This document shows, piece by piece, positions 50,813-60,075 of a stretch of DNA of 64,000 bases; the stretch's first letter is position 1; each line of letters starts with the position of its first letter. Under the pieces are notes generated by a model that was not told where the DNA came from, ran no database searches, and was given only the letters and a program-made list of their open reading frames with translations. The position numbers and the translations under genes were made by a program. This DNA comes from an uncultured Chloroflexia bacterium (GTDB taxonomy: Bacteria; Chloroflexota; Anaerolineae; Anaerolineales; UBA4823), in assembly GCA_963776795.1 (NCBI GenBank), contig CAVZNX010000014.1:94044-158043 (forward strand). The letters are read 5' to 3'.

Positions 50813-51294
50813 TCAGGCGGCCAGCCGCTGGGTGATGAGCACCCCGAGCTGGCCGATCGTGAATAACCCAATACCCAGGGCAAAGCCGGGCACACCGGCA
50901 TAACGATTGGAGTGATCGTGATGAATGACCATGACTACAAAAACATACACCAGGGCCCCAGCCCAGGCAGCCAGGACAAGTATGGGGTTGATAAGGGCCA
51001 GGACCACCAGGATCTTAAGATCAGCACCACCCATAAGGTGGTAGTGCCAGGCAACCACGAGGGCAAGGCTAAAATGAGGAAGTGCATTAAAAATCCTGTC
51101 ACCGATCCGCTCCGCACCTCTTTCATCAGCCAACCCGCCAGGAGAACTGCTGGTATGGCTGGCAGGGTCAGCCAGTTGGGCACATGATGAGAATGAATAT
51201 CGAAAACCGCACAGGCACATAACCAGGTGATCACAAGCGTGGAGATCGAAAGAGAAAGGGATGATGCTGTTACATGCATATCGTAATCATGCAT
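50813..51294 (-). pseudogene. Prepilin peptidase, A24 family (CpaA/TadV-like), one frame shift
   Basis: 50935..51294 has AVFDIHSHHVPNWLTLPAI, carrying the first catalytic Asp. 50813..51220 has GGADLKILVVLALI, carrying the second catalytic Asp. Confidence 0.6.
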
Positions 51295-52003
51295 GGGATT
51301 ATATGGAAGATGGTTGAAAAATTGGGATGTGGAAGGGCAGTATCCACACAGGTGGAGAAATAATGACGGTAAAATTCCTCAATATCGGGGAACGCCGAGT
51401 TGAAGAAAAAGCCAGTTGACTGATCAATTGGGGACATCCGCACTGGCTGTGGCGGATTCGATTTATGAAGGATTCAGAATTAATCGGGTGTGTAATACTC
51501 TGCTAACAATAACTATTTTCTGTTGCCTATATTCGTTCAATAAATTCAAGCGATAAGTGCAAATAATGGGGTGTGTTATTTGCACTTATTGTTATAAGAT
51601 GGGCCTGGATTTATATCGTCGCATTTACCAGCTAGTTTTACATCGCGTGAAGCAATCGTCTTCCAACCGCGTGCCAACAATCCTTGGTAAAACGAATGAT
51701 AATAGCAATTACCAACGAAGCGTTGCAGGAGGATTGATACTATCTCATTGCATAGCAGATTTGAAAATGCGAATAGATTGATGCGCGTCTCTGGTGACAC
51801 ACAAAATTGGAGATCTTAAGGCGGTACTATTCTAGAATTTTTATCCAATGGCGTTTTCGGTATAAAAATAAAAAAAATGAAATGAATGCCGTAATTAAAC
51901 CCGATATAAGAAATAAATGTTCGCTTATTGATGCCCAAGAGCCAACATATGATATTCTGCAGATATCAAACAGACTTTAACAAATTCTAAACTGAGTGCG
52001 AAT

Positions 52004-54121
52004 TTATGGTTTCTCTATCAATGCTCTCTCGCGAAGGAAGGGGATAGGTTCATAAGGGTTGTCCGAATCTATCTCGCGTGCCAATCTATGTCCATCGAAG
52101 ACCGCATCGGCCATACACAATCGTGGTGCAAAACAATCTCCAATTCGATATAATCCTTTTATTCCAGCGAGCGATAAAGCGTCGGGGTCATTTTTTAGCT
52201 CGCGGTAGAGATTATCGTTCGGCACACGACCAGTAACGAGAACCACACAATCTGTTTCCCAAATAATAGGGATTTCTGGAGTGACTAGTTTAACAATCGT
52301 TACTTTGTTAGCCTTAAAGCTTCTGATCATGTGTGAGGTAGCAACCTCGATTCCCAGTTTATAAAGATGTGGAACCATGAAGAGGTTCTCTCCAGTCCAA
52401 TCCATATACGGGCTTACGGTCGAAAAAGGCGTCACGAACTGGACTTTATATCCATCACGAGCGAGTTTCTCCGCGATTGATGCACCCATAAAATAACCCT
52501 CAAAGTCGTATACAAGTACGCGTTCACCTGAAATTTGCTTACCACCTGCCAGTAACTGATCGGGAGTTAAGATATTGGAGAGATCTGCATTAGCTCCCCG
52601 AACGGGTCCACGATCGATTCGATTGTATCCATCCTTTGCCCAGTGCGAACCTGTAGCGAGGACAACAATGTCGCTACCATATTGAACGATTTGTTTCGAA
52701 TCCAATCTGGTGCCAGTAATTAGCGTTATGTTATTCAATTTCTCGAGCTGGATTTTTCGGTAATCAACTACCCGTCTCCACTCCGATAGACCTGGTAAAT
52801 TTGCGATCCAATTAACATGCCCTCCGATCTCCCCTTGATCATCTACGAGATGAATGTTCTTTAGTCCACGTTTCGCCAGAGTAATTGCGCACTCTGTACC
52901 TGCAGGTCCTGCACCCACCACAAGTATGTTTAGATCCTTTTGCTTGACCTGGTTAAACTGTTCGGGGTGCCAGCCGCGCCGATATTCCTCACCAGCAGTA
53001 GCGTTTTGAGTGCATACGATACGACCACCTGTTCCATACCGAGAAACACATACATTGCAACCAATACATTCACGTATCTCGTCGAGCCTCCCTTCTTCGA
53101 TTTTTTTAGGTAAGAATGGATCTGCGATTGACGATCGAGCTGACCCAATTATGTCGACTTTTCCGCTCCGTATAAGCTCAACCATCAAATCTGGATTGGT
53201 TAATCGGCCAACGCTTACGATTGGCTTTGATGTGTGTGAATGCACGCGGGCGATCCATTCACCCTGAAAGTTTTCCTTATAGAAGCGGGAAGGACCGGTG
53301 TCTTTCGGCCAGAATGAAATCGTTTCACCACCAACTTGAAGGTCCCAGAAGTCAACCAGAGAATCGGCAAGTTCGATAAAGCCAACCCCCTCTTCGTCCA
53401 CCCGGATTCCTTGATCAGTCCCATGGAGAGTGTCAACAGCAAAACGAACCGCGATTGCACAAGAATCGCCGACTGCCTCTCGCAGCTGTTCTAGTGTCTC
53501 GAGTGCAAAGCGGGCGCGGTTAATAAAAGAACCGCCATATTCATCTGTTCTTTTATTAAAATAATTCATTAGGAACATGAGGGGGATTGTTGCTCCCTGC
53601 ATAGCCGCGAAATTGATGATATCAAAACCCGCTGAAAGGGCAAGTCTAGCTGCTTTAACATAATTTCGCTGTAGTTCTCGTATGTCGTCCTTGTCCATCA
53701 CATACGTTGAGCCTGTCCAGAAGGTATCGTGGATCGTGCCGGATACAGCCCTGGCTGGCAGCCTGGCATCAAAGCCAGAACTGCCCCCAACAGCTATAAG
53801 CTCAGCCCCAGCTAATGCACCATGCTTATGGACAGCCTCACACATAAAACTCCAATTACGGGCATCGTCATCGTTCCAAAGACGGGAGTGTGTCTCAGAT
53901 GCTCCCCAACAGTCATATTCTGGATGAACCGAGAGTCCGGAGGTATTCACCACTGCCCATCCACCTTCTGCCTTTATCTCGCGAAAGCGCGCTTCAGATC
54001 TAGGGTACAGATCACCGCTAAATCCCGATGCATGAGGAGCTTGATAGAACCGGTTTTTCATCCTCTTTGGCCCGATCGTAAGCGGCTCAAAGAGAACGTC
54101 GTACTTGGAATCACGACCCAT
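52004..54121 (-). CDS. Trimethylamine/dimethylamine/histamine-dehydrogenase-family flavoprotein (OYE-like TIM barrel, 4Fe-4S, ADP-binding domains)
   Basis: Intact 705 aa. YDVLFEPLTIGPKRMKNRFYQAPH...KAEGGW. CIGCNVCVSR...CTQNATAGEEYRRGWHPE. ILVVGAGPAGTECA. Colinear with the TMADH sequence as I recall it. Confidence 0.7.
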   Translation of the reverse strand: MGRDSKYDVLFEPLTIGPKRMKNRFYQAPHASGFSGDLYPRSEARFREIKAEGGWAVVNTSGLSVHPEYDCWGASETHSRLWNDDDARNWSFMCEAVHKHGALAGAELIAVGGSSGFDARLPARAVSGTIHDTFWTGSTYVMDKDDIRELQRNYVKAARLALSAGFDIINFAAMQGATIPLMFLMNYFNKRTDEYGGSFINRARFALETLEQLREAVGDSCAIAVRFAVDTLHGTDQGIRVDEEGVGFIELADSLVDFWDLQVGGETISFWPKDTGPSRFYKENFQGEWIARVHSHTSKPIVSVGRLTNPDLMVELIRSGKVDIIGSARSSIADPFLPKKIEEGRLDEIRECIGCNVCVSRYGTGGRIVCTQNATAGEEYRRGWHPEQFNQVKQKDLNILVVGAGPAGTECAITLAKRGLKNIHLVDDQGEIGGHVNWIANLPGLSEWRRVVDYRKIQLEKLNNITLITGTRLDSKQIVQYGSDIVVLATGSHWAKDGYNRIDRGPVRGANADLSNILTPDQLLAGGKQISGERVLVYDFEGYFMGASIAEKLARDGYKVQFVTPFSTVSPYMDWTGENLFMVPHLYKLGIEVATSHMIRSFKANKVTIVKLVTPEIPIIWETDCVVLVTGRVPNDNLYRELKNDPDALSLAGIKGLYRIGDCFAPRLCMADAVFDGHRLAREIDSDNPYEPIPFLRERALIEKP

Positions 54122-54279
54122 ATCTACCTCCGTTTACTTCAAATGATGAACACACTATGTATATTCTGCTTAAGCTATTTGGATTTATTCAATTCTCGCA
54201 AAGAGAGTTTGTATGGATATTTTTAGATAATTACAAAAAAAGCATTCCGAACACGATCACTTTCACACTCTGGTCCTGA

Positions 54280-54937
54280 CTACTTTTCAGAAATGGCATT
54301 TACTATCGCTCGAATATTATCCGAGATATTTCCATTCTCAAATATCGATCTCCCAACGACAAAGGTATTGACCCCCATCTTGGCAGCCAGATTTGCATTA
54401 TGAGTATTCAAACCACCGTCTATTTCCAATTCAATATTACGTAGTTCCCCGTTTTCTTTGAGAGTTAAGATTTTTCGTAACATTCCAGGAATAAATTGGC
54501 TATCTTTTATCTGTGGTTCTGTCGAAAGGATGTTTATTGAATCTAATACAGGCAGGACAAACCCAAGATCAGGAATCGTGGTCTTTGGATTAAAAGCTAA
54601 GCCCGAGCTTATACCGAATTCTTTTATCATGCTCAACGTTCGGAATGGATAACGGCAGGCTTCCCAATGAACAGTCACACGATCGGCTCCGTTTTCTATA
54701 AGTTCTTCTAGATAGCTTTCTGGATGTCTAACCATTAAATGAATTTCGAAGGGCAAAGACGTAAGTGGTCGAAGATCTTTTATTAATTTCAGTCCCCAGG
54801 GTGATACTGGGAACAAACCATCCATCCTCAATATCAAAATGGAGCATATCGACCGGATGCATCTCAAATAGGTCGATAAGATCATGGAGATTGGCCAGTG
54901 GTGCAGCAGCTATTGATACGGATAATCGGACAGTCAT
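54280..54937 (-). pseudogene. Ribulose-phosphate 3-epimerase family (Rpe/SgcE/AlsE-like), one frame shift
   Basis: 54728..54937 has SIAAAPLANL...MLHFDIEDGWFVP. 54280..54885 has FEIHLMV...VHWEA...GLAFNP...ELEIDGGLN...FVVGRSIF. Confidence 0.75.
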
Positions 54938-55253
54938 CGCTACACTCTATCCTAAGGATTTTTTCATGACAAATACATTTGCTGATGTAAATCACTATAC
55001 AATTACGATGAAATTAAGCTATGAGAGCCTGGTTTATAGCTTTAGTATATATAGATAATTTTCAAAAAATATCCTTCGCGACAATTTCTGGACGAATAAG
55101 AAAATCCATCATCTGCCTTTAATAGCTTGTTTATTACCTGTCCGCGAAATTTACCGATGTGTCCAGTCGACACACAATTATTGAAGTTACTCTTGACAAA
55201 TATATCACAAAACCTGTATCATATAAACAAATCCTATTATAATTCAAACAATT

Positions 55254-56042
55254 ATGAACGCAGCAGACCAGCGCAAGAAAGTGATCCTCGAGCAAATCGA
55301 GCAGAGAGCATCAGTTAGTGTAATCGAATTAGCTGAGACCCTTAATGTATCAGACATGACCATCCGCAGGGATTTGAATGAGCTCGAAAAGATCGGGCTG
55401 ATCCGGCGGACTCATGGAGGTGCTGTTGGCTCGCGCGGACGTAGCTATGAACCACCCCTAGCTATCCGAAGCAGCGAAAATAACGCGATTAAACAACTGT
55501 TGGGAAAATACGCTGCTGAAATGGTCGTCGAAGGGGATAGTATCGCTCTTGATGTAGGTTCAACGGTGTACGAAATAGCAGTCAACCTGAAAAATGCCAG
55601 AAATATCACAGTGGTCACACCGAGCATTCCCATCGCTACTCTATTTTTCGACCGTTCGGATGTCAGGTTAATTTTACCTGGAGGGATCATCAGAGCCGGG
55701 GAATTGTCAATGGTGGGTGAATATGCACGGCATAATCTTGAGTATATATTCATGGATAAATTGTTCCTTGCTGTTGCGGCGGTCAATTCGTCTTTCGGAC
55801 TAACCGAGTACAACGTGGATGATTTTGCTGTTAAGCAAGCGATGATAAAAAATGCTAAGGAAATCATCCTGGTTGCAGATTCATCAAAATTCGAAAAGAC
55901 AGCGTTTGCATTTGTGGCGCCATTAAAGGTACTCTCGCATCTCGTCACGAACGAAAAACCACCCAAAGAACTAATCGATACACTCAAATCTAATGGTGTG
56001 AAGATCCATATTGTCAATGAAACTAAGAATTTTATTCTTTGA
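55254..56042 (+). CDS. DeoR-family transcriptional regulator
   Basis: QRKKVILEQIEQRASVSVIELAETLNVSDMTIRRDLNELEK, plus a C-terminal sugar-phosphate-binding DeoR_C-like domain. 262 aa. Confidence 0.85.
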   Translation: MNAADQRKKVILEQIEQRASVSVIELAETLNVSDMTIRRDLNELEKIGLIRRTHGGAVGSRGRSYEPPLAIRSSENNAIKQLLGKYAAEMVVEGDSIALDVGSTVYEIAVNLKNARNITVVTPSIPIATLFFDRSDVRLILPGGIIRAGELSMVGEYARHNLEYIFMDKLFLAVAAVNSSFGLTEYNVDDFAVKQAMIKNAKEIILVADSSKFEKTAFAFVAPLKVLSHLVTNEKPPKELIDTLKSNGVKIHIVNETKNFIL

Positions 56043-56089
56043 TCATTGATGATGTGGGTTAAAACCTAATATCTTAAGAGAGGGACTAA

Positions 56090-56911
56090 ATGGATTGGTT
56101 AAAAGACATTTTTGGAACGATTAAGCCAATCATCGCGATGTGTCACCTGGAGGCTTTACCAGGTGATCCAGCATATGATCCAAACAAAGGGATGGAATGG
56201 GTCGTTGATCGAGCGCGTAACGATATGCTTGCGTTACAAAGCGGTGGTGTGGATGCCATCATGTTCTCTAACGAGAGAAGCTTGCCGTACCTTACTAAAG
56301 TCGAACCCATCACAACCATTTCTATGGCGCGCGTCATCAGTGAGCTATCGAAGGAACTTAAGGTACCATTTGGAGTCAATGTATTATGGGACGCTGAAGC
56401 ATCGATCGACCTGGCAGTTGCTACAGGCGCAAAGTTCGTACGCGAGATTTTTTCAGGAGTATACGCCAGCGATTTCGGATTATGGAATACCAATTCCGGG
56501 GCAGTCATCAGGCACCAATATAGGGTTCATGGCGAGGACATACGGCTTTTCTTTAATATTTTCCCGGAAGCGTCCGCCTACCTTGCCGATCGAAATATTG
56601 AAAGTATCTCACGATCGACCGTATTTAATATCCACCCAGATGCTTTGTGTGTGTCAGGGGTTATCGCAGGCGTTGAGACGGATGAACAAATTCTACGCAG
56701 AGTTAAATCCTCTGTACCAGATACACCGGTTTTTGCTAATACAGGTGTCAGGTGTTCAAATATCGAGAAACAACTCGAAGTTGCCGACGGTGCAGTCACT
56801 GGAACCGCTTTTAAACGTGACGGGATGATCTGGAATGAGGTCGACCCCCAAAGAGTCAACGAGTTCATGGACAAAGTAAATGAATTTCGATCTAAATGCA
56901 ACCATTCTTAA
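56090..56911 (+). CDS. BtpA/SgcQ-family TIM-barrel protein
   Basis: PIIAMCHLEALPGDPAYD...GVDAIMFSNE...FGVNVLWD is typical of the BtpA family. 273 aa. Confidence 0.65.
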   Translation: MDWLKDIFGTIKPIIAMCHLEALPGDPAYDPNKGMEWVVDRARNDMLALQSGGVDAIMFSNERSLPYLTKVEPITTISMARVISELSKELKVPFGVNVLWDAEASIDLAVATGAKFVREIFSGVYASDFGLWNTNSGAVIRHQYRVHGEDIRLFFNIFPEASAYLADRNIESISRSTVFNIHPDALCVSGVIAGVETDEQILRRVKSSVPDTPVFANTGVRCSNIEKQLEVADGAVTGTAFKRDGMIWNEVDPQRVNEFMDKVNEFRSKCNHS

Positions 56912-56923
56912 GGCGAAAAAGAA

Positions 56924-57898
56924 ATGACCAATCATCCAGCAGTTGAAAGAGTTATCGAACGAATTTCCGCGGATACGATCGGAGGAGCGGCTGATACTGC
57001 AAAAGAAGTACTGGCAGCGATGGCCCAGGTAGCTAAGGATAGTAATGCGTTAACCATCAATAGCTTGTACGATGAAATCGAATTGGCCGCATTAGCTGTG
57101 ATGAAGGCCTGTTCATCGCTGGCGCCACCTATCAACGTCTTGCATAGAATTATGCGAACGTTAGAAAATGATGTTGCAGCAGGTGCAGATGCTGAAACTG
57201 CAAAAAAACATCTTCTCGAATCGGTTGATGACTTCATGCAGCGACTAAATAAAGCAATGGATATGGTTGCTGATATTGGCGCTGCATTGATCAAAAATAA
57301 TCACTCCGTCTTTATGTACAGCATGAGCTCCACCATTTGGAAGGTCTTACGAAAAGCCAAACAGCAAGGTAAGGATTTTAAGGTGTTGGTAACAGAATCG
57401 CGCCCTGCCAACGAAGGATTATGGACCGTAGCTGAAATGAACAAGAGCCATATCCCGGTGGAAGTCAGTATTGACACCTGCCTTCCTGAAATGATAAAGA
57501 CCAGCGATATTGTCTTTGCTGGCGTGGATGCAGTAGCTGCGAATGGGACAGTGCTCAATAAAACAGGCACTTATTTATGCGCATTAGTAGCCAGGGAATA
57601 TGGTGTCCCTTTCTACTTCGTCTCTGATACGCTGAAGTTTGACACTTCTACACTTTTTGGATTACCTTTTAAATCCGACCCGATTCATTACCATGAAGTG
57701 ATGGGTGACAAAAAATTCGATGAGGGTGTAAAGGTGGTTGGAAAGGTGTTTGATGAGACTCCTCCACACCTGATTACCGGTATCATTACTGAACTCGGTA
57801 TTATTCCTCCGAGCGCGTGTATAAACGTGATGTGGGAAATGAAACTTAGTAAAAGGATCAGCGAATTGCTGCCGAAATGGGCTAATGGAAATCTATAA
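56924..57898 (+). CDS. eIF-2B alpha/beta/delta-family sugar-phosphate isomerase paralog 1 (MtnA / R15P-isomerase-like)
   Basis: FKVLVTESRPANEGLWTVAEM...VFAGVDAVAANGTVLNKTGTY...YFVSDTLKF. 324 aa. Confidence 0.7.
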   Translation: MTNHPAVERVIERISADTIGGAADTAKEVLAAMAQVAKDSNALTINSLYDEIELAALAVMKACSSLAPPINVLHRIMRTLENDVAAGADAETAKKHLLESVDDFMQRLNKAMDMVADIGAALIKNNHSVFMYSMSSTIWKVLRKAKQQGKDFKVLVTESRPANEGLWTVAEMNKSHIPVEVSIDTCLPEMIKTSDIVFAGVDAVAANGTVLNKTGTYLCALVAREYGVPFYFVSDTLKFDTSTLFGLPFKSDPIHYHEVMGDKKFDEGVKVVGKVFDETPPHLITGIITELGIIPPSACINVMWEMKLSKRISELLPKWANGNL

Positions 57899-57932
57899 AA
57901 CAATCTGCAGACAGAGATGAGAACCTGCAGTA

Positions 57933-58916
57933 ATGACTCTTAGTACTACTCTCCTCCAGATTGCAAAAAAGTTCGAACTACATGAATTACATGCTGCGCA
58001 CGGTGGCCGGGAAGTCCTGGACGCCTTTGTTGCATTAGTAAACTCCAGTGATGCAGCGACGGTTCGGGAACTATTAAGAGAAGTTCAACAAAACATCATT
58101 TATCTGTTGAAATTTCTGCCTCCTTATGCGCCTCCAATTAAGAACATAAATCGTGTCTTGTTGTGCCTGGAAAGAGCCATCGAAACCGATCAGGATCTAC
58201 CCAGCACGGTCAGATCAATTAATGAGATATCGATAGATGTCCCAAACCCCATTCAGAACGCACAGCTGATCACGGAAGTGCTCAAAAACCTGATCTCTGA
58301 TCGGTCGATCATTTATACCCACACGCTATCCGAGACGGTGTTGAATTCAATATTAGAATTAAATCAATGGGGCAAGGTTGGTACGATTTATGTTACCGAA
58401 TCGCGGCCAAATAACGATGGATGGGAAACAGCCCGCAGGCTGGCCGCAAGCGGAATTGAGACTGTCCTCACGATTGATGCAGGCATGCCATTCGCGATTT
58501 CGCAGGCTCAGGTAATGATCTCAGGAGCAGAAATCATCAATGAGAATGGTGCCGTACTGGGGAAAGTTGGTGCGTACCCAGCAGCAGTATTCAGCAAAAA
58601 ATATGGAAATCCGGTGTGGATTTTGGCCGATAGCACCAAGATTTGGCCGCGTGACATAGAAAATCTCAACCCGTATTTAATTACCGCAGGCGATGTGGGA
58701 TTGAAAATATCAGATCCAACGCTAAGGATTACAGGTAGCTTTTTTGACCGCACTCCTCCGGAATTCATAACAGGTTATGCGACGGAACTAGGTTTACTCG
58801 ATCAAGCTGGAATTAAACGCTACGCAAATCAAATCCAGTTAAGTAAATGGCTTGAAGACCAATTATCAGCTAACTCGAAGAGAAACAGACCGGTGGAGAT
58901 TACTTATGACCGATAA
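57933..58916 (+). CDS. eIF-2B-family sugar-phosphate isomerase paralog 2
   Basis: TIYVTESRPNNDGWETARRLAASGIETVLTIDAGM...ISGAEIINENGAVLGKVGAY. 327 aa. Confidence 0.7.
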   Translation: MTLSTTLLQIAKKFELHELHAAHGGREVLDAFVALVNSSDAATVRELLREVQQNIIYLLKFLPPYAPPIKNINRVLLCLERAIETDQDLPSTVRSINEISIDVPNPIQNAQLITEVLKNLISDRSIIYTHTLSETVLNSILELNQWGKVGTIYVTESRPNNDGWETARRLAASGIETVLTIDAGMPFAISQAQVMISGAEIINENGAVLGKVGAYPAAVFSKKYGNPVWILADSTKIWPRDIENLNPYLITAGDVGLKISDPTLRITGSFFDRTPPEFITGYATELGLLDQAGIKRYANQIQLSKWLEDQLSANSKRNRPVEITYDR

Positions 58917-59976
58917 ACGGTGGAACCAATTAGCCGAAATCTTAGTAAATTATTCGACAGGTATAAAGGAAGGTGAGCGAGTATTGATCACCATGATGGA
59001 AGTTGAAACCTTTCCCCTGGCACGTGCGGTGTATGCAGAAGTGGTTAAGGCTGGCGGACTTCCTTTCATTGAGTTTCAATCTGCGTACCTCGAGCGCGAC
59101 CTAATGAGGTTGGGCAAAGAGGACCAAGTTAATTGGGTGTGTGAAATGCAATCGATGGGTATGGAATGGGCTGATGCATATATTGGGCTACGCGGGGCGC
59201 GTAATCCGAGCGAGTATTGGGATATTAAGAAGGAGAAGCTCGTTGCTCACAAAAAAGTCATGGGGAAGATTTCCGCATTAAGGAATGAACAGACGCGCTG
59301 GGTACTTGTTCGGGTGCCTAACGAGTCATTTGCTCAACAAGCGCAGACCAGTTTAGACGAGATAATGGATTTCTTTTTTGGAGCAACAATAAAAGATTGG
59401 AACCTTGAGGCTGGACAATATAAAAATATCCAAAGTATTTTCCAGGCAGCTCGTTCAGTGCGAATCACAGGAAATGGCACAGACCTATCTTTCTCTACAT
59501 CTGGAAGGATTTATGAATTGGCCGATGGCCATTACAACATGCCGGATGGAGAGATATTTACAAGCCCTGTAGACGATAGTGCGGAAGGAACCATCACATT
59601 TGAGTTCCCGGGGGTGTATGCTGGCAACCTGGTGGAAGGAATATGCCTGGAATTTTCAGAAGGTAAAGTAATTAATGCTTCTGCGAAGAAAAATGAGGCC
59701 CTGCTATTCGAGCTTCTGAATATGGATGAAGGTGCCCAAAGGATTGGAGAATTTGGAATCGGTGTCAACCCAGGGATCGATCGATTTTGTTATGACATCC
59801 TTTATGATGAAAAAATAGGTGGAACCATTCATATCGCTCTTGGTCGTGCTTATGCTGAATGCAATGGAATAAATCAATCCGCTTTACATTGGGATATTAT
59901 TAAGGATCTGCGAATCAATGGTGCGATATTTTTAGATGGCAGGTGTGTGTTCGAAAATGGGAAGTTTATAGTTTAA
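58906..59976 (+). CDS. M29-family aminopeptidase (AmpS/PepS-like)
   Basis: MTDKRWNQLAEILVNYSTGIKEGERVLI...GEIFTSP...IHIALGRAY. GGAG RBS. The ATG at 58906 overlaps the upstream stop by 11 nt. Confidence 0.65.
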   Translation: MTDKRWNQLAEILVNYSTGIKEGERVLITMMEVETFPLARAVYAEVVKAGGLPFIEFQSAYLERDLMRLGKEDQVNWVCEMQSMGMEWADAYIGLRGARNPSEYWDIKKEKLVAHKKVMGKISALRNEQTRWVLVRVPNESFAQQAQTSLDEIMDFFFGATIKDWNLEAGQYKNIQSIFQAARSVRITGNGTDLSFSTSGRIYELADGHYNMPDGEIFTSPVDDSAEGTITFEFPGVYAGNLVEGICLEFSEGKVINASAKKNEALLFELLNMDEGAQRIGEFGIGVNPGIDRFCYDILYDEKIGGTIHIALGRAYAECNGINQSALHWDIIKDLRINGAIFLDGRCVFENGKFIV

Positions 59977-60075
59977 TATAAATATTTGCCACCAGATAAT
60001 AGTGAGAATATTGCCAAACCGAAAACATCAATTCCTCCATATCGCCATGAATTTTTCGCTAGTGGCAGGGAAGTA

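Larger units (their letters stand above)
29207..51294 (-). mobile_element. GC-rich ~22-kb foreign island (replication/recombination element; no integrase or structural genes found)
   Basis: Abrupt compositional change versus both flanks, judged by eye. All credible genes are on the minus strand. Content is phage/plasmid-type (DnaB, DnaD-like, G39P-like loader, XRE, Rad52-like, SSB-like). Edges are approximate. Confidence 0.5.

Noticed and set aside
29207-51294. Many long plus-strand ORFs inside the island (e.g. 41711..42439 at 242 aa, 46821..47465 at 214 aa, 47959..48666 at 235 aa, 49026..49547 at 173 aa)
   Set aside because: They lie antisense to ORFs with clear domain signatures. They are Arg/Pro/Gly-rich low-complexity translations typical of shadow ORFs in GC-rich DNA, and they lack RBSs.
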